NCBI GenBank assembly: GCA_029238255.1
Contig: JAQWGK010000046.1
Span: 32,708 to 96,707, forward strand
DNA from: Porticoccaceae bacterium
Lineage (GTDB): Bacteria > Pseudomonadota > Gammaproteobacteria > Pseudomonadales > Porticoccaceae
Length of the DNA: 64,000 nt
Reading direction: 5' to 3'
A model generated the notes under the pieces. The model ran no database searches. It was not told the origin of the DNA and saw nothing but the letters and a program-made list of their open reading frames with translations. This document shows positions 57,160 to 64,000 of the stretch, piece by piece. The translations under genes and the position numbers were made by a program. Each line of letters begins with the position of its first letter. Positions within the stretch are counted from its first letter, which is position 1.

Positions 57160-58173
57160 ATGAAGTATCAGGGCCAGACCGAGTATGACCACAAAGGGCC
57201 TTCGCCAAAACGTGGCGTTTTGCTATGCAATCTGGGTACACCAGATGCACCCAAAACCCCTGAGTTGCGTCGCTACTTAAAAGAGTTTTTAAGTGATCCC
57301 CGAGTGGTCGAGGTTCCCCGTCTACTGTGGTGGATGATTCTCAATCTGATTATTCTGCGCATTCGCCCGCGCCGTTCGGCAAAGCTCTATCAAACCGTCT
57401 GGTCTGAGGGAGGTTCTCCGCTGCTGGTTCACAGCAAGGCTCAGGTAGCTGGGGTGAAAAAGATTCTCGATGAAAAATTTAATGATGATGTGCCGGTGGT
57501 GTTGGGAATGCGTTATGGCAATCCTTCTATGGAATCTGCCATTGCCGAGCTGACCGCACAGAATGTTCGCGATATTACCGTGCTGCCTCTCTACCCCCAG
57601 TACTCCGGTGCAACCACCGGTTCAACTTTTGATGCAGTGGCGCAGACATTTACCAAAACCCGCTGGGTTCCGGAACTGCATTTTATTGGCAGTTATCACC
57701 AGACTCCGGCTTATATCAATGCACTCTGCGCCAGTATTCAGGCGCATATCGATGAGCATGGTATGCCCGACAAACTGATGTTCTCCTACCACGGTACACC
57801 TGAGCGCTACCTGCGCAATGGCGATCCCTACCACTGCCTCTGTCATCAGACGACTCGATTGGTGCGCGAGAAGATGGGTCTGGATGAAGATAAGATTATG
57901 ACCACCTTCCAGTCGCGCTTTGGTCGCGAGCCCTGGTTGCAGCCCTACACAGATAAGACCCTTGAGGCTTTGCCCGATCAGGGTGTAAAGCATCTGGCAG
58001 TGATCTGCCCGGGCTTTTCATCTGACTGTTTGGAGACCATCGAAGAGATTGATGGCGAGGGTCGTGAAATTTTCACCGAGCACGGTGGTGAGACTTTTCA
58101 CTATATCCCCTGCCTGAATTCACAGCCGCTGCATCTTGAAGCGCTGGCGGGGATTGTTAGCAAGTATCTTTAA
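57160..58173 (+). CDS. hemH: Ferrochelatase
   Basis: GVLLCNLGTPDAP, PLYPQYS and the FSYHG(T)PERY pattern are present. The ATG at 57160 is preceded by GGGAGC. The longer TTG ORF start at 57100 was rejected. Confidence 0.9.
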   Translation: MKYQGQTEYDHKGPSPKRGVLLCNLGTPDAPKTPELRRYLKEFLSDPRVVEVPRLLWWMILNLIILRIRPRRSAKLYQTVWSEGGSPLLVHSKAQVAGVKKILDEKFNDDVPVVLGMRYGNPSMESAIAELTAQNVRDITVLPLYPQYSGATTGSTFDAVAQTFTKTRWVPELHFIGSYHQTPAYINALCASIQAHIDEHGMPDKLMFSYHGTPERYLRNGDPYHCLCHQTTRLVREKMGLDEDKIMTTFQSRFGREPWLQPYTDKTLEALPDQGVKHLAVICPGFSSDCLETIEEIDGEGREIFTEHGGETFHYIPCLNSQPLHLEALAGIVSKYL

Positions 58174-58199
58174 TGCTTTTGGTTTAAATGCTCTGGACT

Positions 58200-59144
58200 T
58201 TAAAGCACTCGTTTCCCAAAGGCGCTTTTAATTAACGATATGGTGCGCTCGGCTGAGATATTGCCCTGATCGAGAAAGGGGTTGAGTTCGACAACCTCCA
58301 TGGAAAGCATTTTTTGCGTATCCGCGCAGTACTCCAAAAGCAGGTGGGCCTCTCTAAAACTTACCCCTCCGGGCACCAGTGTTCCGGAGCCCGGAATTAC
58401 CGATGGGTCGCAGCCATCCACATCAAAGCTAATATGAAAGCCTGCGGTGCCATTGCAGACTATCTGCATGGCTTCGCGGCTGATCGCGGCCATTCCCCGC
58501 TCATCAATATCGCGCATGGTGTAGACGGTAATTCCTGATCGTTGAATCAACTCTCGCTCGCCAGCATCGATATCGCGGATACCGATTAGCACAACATTTT
58601 CGGGGCGAACCTTTGGGCTAAAGTCCAAAATATTCGCCAGATCAGCATCACCATAACCGAGCAGATGAGCCAGCGGCATTCCATGGATATTGCCAGAGGG
58701 TGAGATGTCCGGAGTATTGATATCACCGTGGGCATCAAACCACAGCAGCCCGATTGACTGCTTTTGTTCCTGATAGTGGCAGGCAACGCCAGCGACCGTG
58801 CCATGGGCTATCGAGTGATCACCGCCGATAATTAATGGGATATCACCTATCGCCAGTGCACTGCGAGTCTGCTCTGCCAGTTCGGTACAGACCTGAAGAA
58901 TCTCAGGTTTGTAGCGCATGGCAGATTGATCCTGACCACAGCTCTCCATCGCTGGTACCGCAATATCCTTTTCTATGGCCAGCTGATATCCCAGTGCTGC
59001 CAACTGCCCACCCAAACCTGCCACTCGCAGTGCTGAGGGACCGCCATCAGTTCCGCGGCGTGAAGCACCGAGATCAATCGGCACACCAATAATTTGAATC
59101 CGCGGCTGAGAGGTTTTACAAGAATCTTTAGAGGTCTCCACCAT
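58200..59144 (-). CDS. rocF: Arginase
   Basis: The ureohydrolase Mn-binding motifs are present (GGDHSIA, DAHGDINT, SFDVDGCDP). The gene is coupled (ATGA-type junction) to ornithine cyclodeaminase, which supports arginase over agmatinase. Confidence 0.75.
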   Translation of the reverse strand: MVETSKDSCKTSQPRIQIIGVPIDLGASRRGTDGGPSALRVAGLGGQLAALGYQLAIEKDIAVPAMESCGQDQSAMRYKPEILQVCTELAEQTRSALAIGDIPLIIGGDHSIAHGTVAGVACHYQEQKQSIGLLWFDAHGDINTPDISPSGNIHGMPLAHLLGYGDADLANILDFSPKVRPENVVLIGIRDIDAGERELIQRSGITVYTMRDIDERGMAAISREAMQIVCNGTAGFHISFDVDGCDPSVIPGSGTLVPGGVSFREAHLLLEYCADTQKMLSMEVVELNPFLDQGNISAERTISLIKSAFGKRVL

Positions 59145-60196
59145 TAGGCGACCCGCCTGATTGTAGTTGCGGCTCTGCCATTGCCGAGCATGGCATAGAG
59201 ATTTTTCGGATCATCATCCATAGTCGGCACCAGTGAAATATCTTCCCCCAGATTTAACTCAAGCGCGGTCTTGTGCAGGTAGCGCAACATTGAGAAGTCC
59301 TCCATAGCAAAGCCCACAGAGTCAAATACCGTAATCTGTTCGGCGCTATCTCGACCGCTGCTATCACCAGTTAATACCTGCCAGAACTCCGTGACCGGAT
59401 GATCTGCCTCCAGCTGTTGAATATCTCCCTCTATGCGAGTCTGTGGCTCGTACTCGACAAAAATTTTGCCGCGGCGAAGAATTTCATGGTGAATTTCAGT
59501 TTTGCCCGGACAGTCGCCCCCAATAGCATTGATATGCATACCGGGTTCCACCATATCCGGCGTCAAAATAGTCGCGTAGGTTTTGTCGGCGGTAATGGTG
59601 CTGACAATATCAGCGCCTTTAACCGCTTCAGCTGTCGATGAGGCAGTAATCACTTTTAGGTTGGGGAATAGAGCCAGATTAGTGACAAATTTTCTAATCG
59701 AAGCGGGGTCTATATCGAAGGCGCGGATTTCTGTAATACCCAATAAAGTATGGAAGGCGATTGCCTGAAACTCACTCTGACAGCCACAGCCAATCATTGC
59801 CATGCTCTTTGATTCCGGTCTTGCCAGTACCCGCGCAGTCATAGCTGAGGTGGCGGCAGTTCTAAAGGCTGTGCTGATAGTTAATTCTGACAGCAGCAGT
59901 GGATAGCCAGTGGCAACTTCGGCAAGGGCACCAAACGCCATAACCGTGGAGAGACCTTTTTGGGTATTGCCGGGATGTCCATTGACGTATTTAAAGCCAT
60001 ATTGCTGCTTATCAGCCGTGGGCATCAGCTCAATAACCCCGATATCACTGTGACAGGCAAGTCGCGCAGACTTATCAAACTGATCCCAGCGTTTATAATC
60101 GTGCTCGATAAACTGGCACAGTTCGGTAAGAAGTTGTTCGATACCCACTGTTTCGACCAGTGTCGCCATGGTATCTGTGTCAATAAATCTTGTCAT
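59144..60196 (-). CDS. ocd: Ornithine cyclodeaminase
   Basis: The similarity pattern to Pseudomonas putida OCD runs nearly end to end (MTRFIDTDTM..., VIELMP, FKYVNGHP, GGDCPGKTE, the C-terminal RRVA). The ATG at 60196 is preceded by GGGGAG. Confidence 0.9.
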   Translation of the reverse strand: MTRFIDTDTMATLVETVGIEQLLTELCQFIEHDYKRWDQFDKSARLACHSDIGVIELMPTADKQQYGFKYVNGHPGNTQKGLSTVMAFGALAEVATGYPLLLSELTISTAFRTAATSAMTARVLARPESKSMAMIGCGCQSEFQAIAFHTLLGITEIRAFDIDPASIRKFVTNLALFPNLKVITASSTAEAVKGADIVSTITADKTYATILTPDMVEPGMHINAIGGDCPGKTEIHHEILRRGKIFVEYEPQTRIEGDIQQLEADHPVTEFWQVLTGDSSGRDSAEQITVFDSVGFAMEDFSMLRYLHKTALELNLGEDISLVPTMDDDPKNLYAMLGNGRAATTIRRVA

Positions 60197-60331
60197 AACC
60201 CGCACTCCCCTCAAATCCAATAAAAAGTAGTCATTAATCGACATTATTGGGACTTGCGCAGCTATAAAAAAGACACCAGAATGTAACTAATTGTAACTAT
60301 TAATGACAAATTGAGAGAGACAAGTAGCATT

Positions 60332-60763
60332 ATGATAAAACTGGACCCTCTGGATAAAATGCTGATTTCGATTCTGCGCTCTGATGCCCGCACACCGGTG
60401 GTGAAGCTTGCGAAACAGCTGAATGTGTCGCGCGCAACCATACAAAATCGGATGCAACTGCTGGAAAGTCGCGGGATTATTTTAAATTACACGGTCAATC
60501 TTAAAAACAGCGCGGAAATCAATCCGATTCGTGCATTTATGAGCATTGCCGTGGAGGGTAAAAAGTCCCCCGCCGTGGTCAGTGCGCTGATGGGAATCCC
60601 GCAAATAGTGACGATCCACAATACCAATGGGCGCTGGGATCTGATTGCGGACATTCGCACCCACAGTTTGGAAGCATTTAACGCCCTGTTGGGTGAGGTG
60701 CGGGAAATTGATGGCGTCTCCTCGACTGAGACGAGTTTATTGTTGGATACTCTTAAGCGCTAA
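60332..60763 (+). CDS. Lrp/AsnC-family transcriptional regulator
   Basis: N-terminal HTH (LDKMLISILRSDARTPVVKLAKQLNVSRATIQNRM) and a C-terminal RAM/ASNC domain. The gene is divergent from ocd-arginase. Confidence 0.85.
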   Translation: MIKLDPLDKMLISILRSDARTPVVKLAKQLNVSRATIQNRMQLLESRGIILNYTVNLKNSAEINPIRAFMSIAVEGKKSPAVVSALMGIPQIVTIHNTNGRWDLIADIRTHSLEAFNALLGEVREIDGVSSTETSLLLDTLKR

Positions 60764-60829
60764 GCATTTAAAGCTAGGTATTTAAAGCTAGGTATTTAAA
60801 GCCAGGCATTTAAGTCAGGCATTAATCAC
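60762..60829. repeat. ~14-bp tandem repeat (about 5 units) directly after the Lrp-family gene stop
   Basis: The units are AAGCATTTAAAGCT, AGGTATTTAAAGCT, AGGTATTTAAAGCC, AGGCATTTAAGTC and AGGCATTAATCAC. Confidence 0.8.
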
Positions 60830-60885
60830 AAGCAAAACGTATAATGTCGCCTTTGCACTATATCAACCCTATCTAATTGAAAATT

Positions 60886-62142
60886 ATGACTATTAAAAGC
60901 TATATGCAGTCTGTCGGCACACAGGCGCGAGAAGCGTCGAGAGTGATTGCCGCCGCTAAAACATCCCTTAAAAATCAGGCCCTACTGGCTATTGCCGATG
61001 CACTGAATAATGACCGCGCCAACCTTCTGGCGGCCAATGCTGTGGATATGGAAAATGGTCGCAACAATGGTCTGGATGCAGCCCTGCTCGACCGCCTTGA
61101 ACTCAACGAAGAACGTATTGATGGCATGATTGAGGGATTGCAACAGGTTGCAGAGCTGCCTGACCCGATAGGCGAAGTTACCGACCTGCAAGATCGTCCC
61201 AGCGGTATCAAGCTCGGCAAGATGCGTGTCCCTCTGGGTGTGGTTGGCATTATTTATGAATCCCGCCCCAATGTGACTATTGATGCGGCCAGCCTCTGCC
61301 TGAAGTCGGGCAACGCGACTATTTTGCGTGGCGGCAGCGAGGCTATTGCCTCAAATCAGGCGATTGCTGCCTGTATCAGCCGCGGCCTGCAAGCGGTGGG
61401 GCTGCCAGAGAATGTGGTGCAGGTTATCAATACCACTGACCGCGCGGCGGTGGGTGAATTGATTACCATGCCTGACTATGTGGATGTGATTGTGCCCCGC
61501 GGTGGCAAAGGCTTGATTGAGCGCATTAGTGCCGATGCCCGAGTGCCAGTTATCAAACATCTGGATGGCAACTGTCATGTCTATATTGACCAAGATGCAA
61601 ATCTGCACAAGGCGCTGGCGATTGCTGTCAATGCCAAGACTCACAGATATGGTGTCTGCAATGCGATGGAGTCTCTATTGGTTGCCGAATCAGTTGCTGA
61701 CCAGCTACTGCCTGAACTGGCGGCTCTCTACACAGAAAAAGGTGTCGAGTTGCGCGGCTGCGAAAAGACCTGCGCCATTATTAAAGAGGCCAAACAAGCC
61801 ACTGAGCAAGACTGGTACGAAGAGTATCTGGCTCCGGTTCTGGCCATCAAAGTGGTTGCCGGTCTCGATCAGGCAATTGAACATATCAATCGTTTTAGCT
61901 CCCAACACACCGAATCCATTGTCACTGAAAACGCCGCCAGTGCTGCGCGTTTTATGCGCGAAGTGGATTCCAGTTCAGTGATGCACAATGCTTCGACAAG
62001 ATTTGCCGATGGTTTTGAATATGGCCTGGGTGCCGAGATTGGTATTTCCACCGACAAGATTCACGCTCGTGGCCCTGTGGGTCTCGAGGGACTAACCAGC
62101 CAGAAATGGGTGGTGTATGGCGACGGACAGATTCGCCAATAA
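60886..62142 (+). CDS. proA: Gamma-glutamyl phosphate reductase
   Basis: The aldehyde dehydrogenase-like ProA pattern is present ([26 protein letters not shown]). I chose the ATG at 60886. Confidence 0.9.
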   Translation: MTIKSYMQSVGTQAREASRVIAAAKTSLKNQALLAIADALNNDRANLLAANAVDMENGRNNGLDAALLDRLELNEERIDGMIEGLQQVAELPDPIGEVTDLQDRPSGIKLGKMRVPLGVVGIIYESRPNVTIDAASLCLKSGNATILRGGSEAIASNQAIAACISRGLQAVGLPENVVQVINTTDRAAVGELITMPDYVDVIVPRGGKGLIERISADARVPVIKHLDGNCHVYIDQDANLHKALAIAVNAKTHRYGVCNAMESLLVAESVADQLLPELAALYTEKGVELRGCEKTCAIIKEAKQATEQDWYEEYLAPVLAIKVVAGLDQAIEHINRFSSQHTESIVTENAASAARFMREVDSSSVMHNASTRFADGFEYGLGAEIGISTDKIHARGPVGLEGLTSQKWVVYGDGQIRQ

Positions 62143-62143
62143 T

Positions 62144-62779
62144 ATGTCGGTCGCTATCTTTGGAGGCACATTTAATCCGGTTCACAATGGCCATCTGCGG
62201 ATTGCCATAGAACTTGCAGAGCTTCTCGAAGTAGATAGCCTGCGGATGATTCCCTGCGCGCTCCCTGCTCATCGCGATGTGCCCAGTGCCTCGCCACAGC
62301 AGCGGTTGGAGATGCTTAAACTGGGCATTGGCGAACAGGCTCAACGGCTTTTAGCCGACGATATTGAACTGTGCCGAGAGGGTCCCAGCTACACCATTGA
62401 TACCCTGCGCGAGATCAGACAGCAGATTGGCAGCGACACACCGCTGTTTCTCTGTGTCGGTATGGACGTACTAACCACATTGGACAGCTGGCAAGATTGG
62501 CAACAGCTAACCGATTATTGCCATCTTGTCGTCTCCTCCCGACCCGGATACCAGATACCGCAATCCGGAACACTGGCCGATTGGATTGCAGAGCGGCTCT
62601 GTGATGATTTACACGAACTAAAACAAGCCAGCACTGGTAGACTGCACCTTTGTAATCTGACCATGCTGGGGATTTCATCCACTGCCATTCGCAACAAAGT
62701 CAGCGCCGGAGAAAAGATCGACTTTCTGACCCCGGCAGCAGTGGTTAACTGTATTCAACAACAACATTTATATGAGTAA
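62144..62779 (+). CDS. nadD: Nicotinate-nucleotide adenylyltransferase
   Basis: The start is MSVAIFGGTFNPVHNGH ((H/T)xGH motif), and ISSTAIR lies near the C-terminus. The ATG at 62144 lies 1 nt after the proA stop. Confidence 0.9.
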   Translation: MSVAIFGGTFNPVHNGHLRIAIELAELLEVDSLRMIPCALPAHRDVPSASPQQRLEMLKLGIGEQAQRLLADDIELCREGPSYTIDTLREIRQQIGSDTPLFLCVGMDVLTTLDSWQDWQQLTDYCHLVVSSRPGYQIPQSGTLADWIAERLCDDLHELKQASTGRLHLCNLTMLGISSTAIRNKVSAGEKIDFLTPAAVVNCIQQQHLYE

Positions 62780-62788
62780 TCTGTTTCT

Positions 62789-63166
62789 ATGACACAAGCA
62801 TTAAAAGATATTGTTATCTCGGCGCTGGAAGACGTTAAGGCGCAAAATATTACCTCACTGGACGTTCGTGAATTGACCGGCGTGATGGACACTATGATTG
62901 TCGCCAGTGGTAATTCCAATCGTCAGGTGAAATCACTGGCAACCAGTGTCGCTGTCGACGGTAAAAAGGCCGGCTATGAAATTATTGGTGTTGAAGGGGA
63001 AGATACTGCCGAGTGGATTCTGGTCGATTTTGGCGATGTGATTGTGCACATTATGCTGCCCGCAACACGCGCCTTTTACGACCTCGAAAAACTCTGGTCA
63101 GTCCGTCCCGGAGATCAGCCCGAGAACGGTGATGACGAGCAGAACCTGCTCGGCGACCTGAGCTAA
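62789..63166 (+). CDS. rsfS: Ribosome silencing factor
   Basis: The RsfS/IojAP pattern is present (DVRELTGVMDTMIVASGNSNRQVKSL, WILVDFGDVIVHIM). Confidence 0.85.
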   Translation: MTQALKDIVISALEDVKAQNITSLDVRELTGVMDTMIVASGNSNRQVKSLATSVAVDGKKAGYEIIGVEGEDTAEWILVDFGDVIVHIMLPATRAFYDLEKLWSVRPGDQPENGDDEQNLLGDLS

Positions 63167-63197
63167 ACTGATTAAAAATTAACATAGCCCAGTCGAT

Positions 63198-63668
63198 ATG
63201 AAACTTAAACTGCTCACCGTAGGTACCCGAATGCCCAGCTGGGTAGAAGCTGGCTGCGGTGAATATGGCAAACGTATGCCCCCAGAGCTGCGTATCGAAA
63301 CCATCGAAATTCCACTGGGTGCGCGGGGCAAAAACCAACCCGCCAGCAAGGCTATCGAAAAGGAGAGTCAGGCTCTATTAAAAGCCATAGGCGCTCAGGA
63401 CTTTGTCGTTGCCCTAGATGTGATCGGGCGATCACTGAGCACCGAAAAGCTGGCGGCAAAATTGGCCGACTGGCAGATGAATGGCCGCGATGTCTGTTTG
63501 ATTATCGGTGGTCCCGACGGCCTCTCGGATGAATGCCTGGCCCGAGCCGATATGCGCTGGTCGCTGTCGGATCTGACCCTGCCCCATCCACTGGTGCGCA
63601 TTGTATTGATGGAGCAGATGTATAGGGCCTGGACGATCAATGCCAATCATCCCTATCATCGCAGTTAA
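63198..63668 (+). CDS. rlmH: 23S rRNA (pseudouridine1915-N3)-methyltransferase
   Basis: 156 aa of SPOUT family. The pattern MKLKLLTVG...IGGPDGL...LSLSDLTLPHPLVR...EQMYRA is typical of RlmH. Confidence 0.9.
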   Translation: MKLKLLTVGTRMPSWVEAGCGEYGKRMPPELRIETIEIPLGARGKNQPASKAIEKESQALLKAIGAQDFVVALDVIGRSLSTEKLAAKLADWQMNGRDVCLIIGGPDGLSDECLARADMRWSLSDLTLPHPLVRIVLMEQMYRAWTINANHPYHRS

Positions 63669-63725
63669 TCGAGGGGCTCTGGATATGGCAAACAAAAATG
63701 CCGGACAACAAGGTAAATAGATAGC

Positions 63726-64000
63726 ATGAGGGATGGTGCCGCTTTTTCAGATCCAGCGCGCGAACGCATTATGTTCGCTCGCCGGCTGCTGGTCACCGCA
63801 GTTATCACAGTGCTGCTAACTGCCCTGCTTATCGCCCGCTACTTTGACTTGCAGATCTCGCGCTACGAAGATTTCGCCACCCAGTCCAACAACAACCGGG
63901 TACTGGTTCGGCCTGTGGCTCCGTCTCGAGGCCTGATCTACGATCGCCACAGCAAACTGATTGCCGATAATCGGCCCAGCTACAACCTGACGATTGTTCC
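63726..64000 (+). CDS. mrdA: Penicillin-binding protein 2 (3'-truncated by the window end)
   Basis: The frame is open from ATG 63726 to the window end. An N-terminal TM helix is followed by LVRPVAPSRGLIYDRHSKLIADNRPSYNL, typical of PBP2. The gene follows rlmH, as in many proteobacteria. Confidence 0.8.
   Translation, partial: MRDGAAFSDPARERIMFARRLLVTAVITVLLTALLIARYFDLQISRYEDFATQSNNNRVLVRPVAPSRGLIYDRHSKLIADNRPSYNLTIV

Overview
This is a chromosomal window from what looks like a marine gammaproteobacterium. That assignment is an inference from gene content and order: split nrdJa/nrdJb, fimU-pilVWXY1Y2E, proA-nadD-rsfS-rlmH-mrdA. Most of the window is housekeeping: trpBA, class II ribonucleotide reductase, a methylmalonyl/propionyl-CoA operon, selD-selU, hisBH, mutY-yggX, tRNA-Phe, prfC, hemH, and arginase-ocd.

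Four regions stand out.
(1) Bases 1-12410 hold a tightly coupled 12-gene envelope operon. It is built around a MotA/ExbB/TolQ-type channel and two paralogous ExbD/TolR-like proteins whose periplasmic parts are a coiled coil plus a vWA domain. It also encodes a degenerate actin/Hsp70-fold cytoplasmic protein, a PEGA-repeat/FGE-sulfatase-fold protein, TPR proteins, a TonB_C-like protein and three lipoproteins. I cannot match this to a characterised system, and it is my main candidate for a novel ion-driven machine.
(2) A TonB-dependent receptor carries five extreme His/Glu/Asp-rich tracts and sits next to a DUF2946-like CxxC protein.
(3) A visibly AT-rich gene lies between tRNA-Phe and the minor-pilin operon. 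Its motif order resembles a class III nucleotidyl-cyclase palm domain.
(4) A family of GTCATCCTGAGCG...GAAGGATC palindromic intergenic elements occurs at four loci. Two gene-tail duplications (nrdJb and a DUF2288-like gene) flank inserted DNA.

All calls come from reading the translated ORFs and the DNA by eye. No database search was run.
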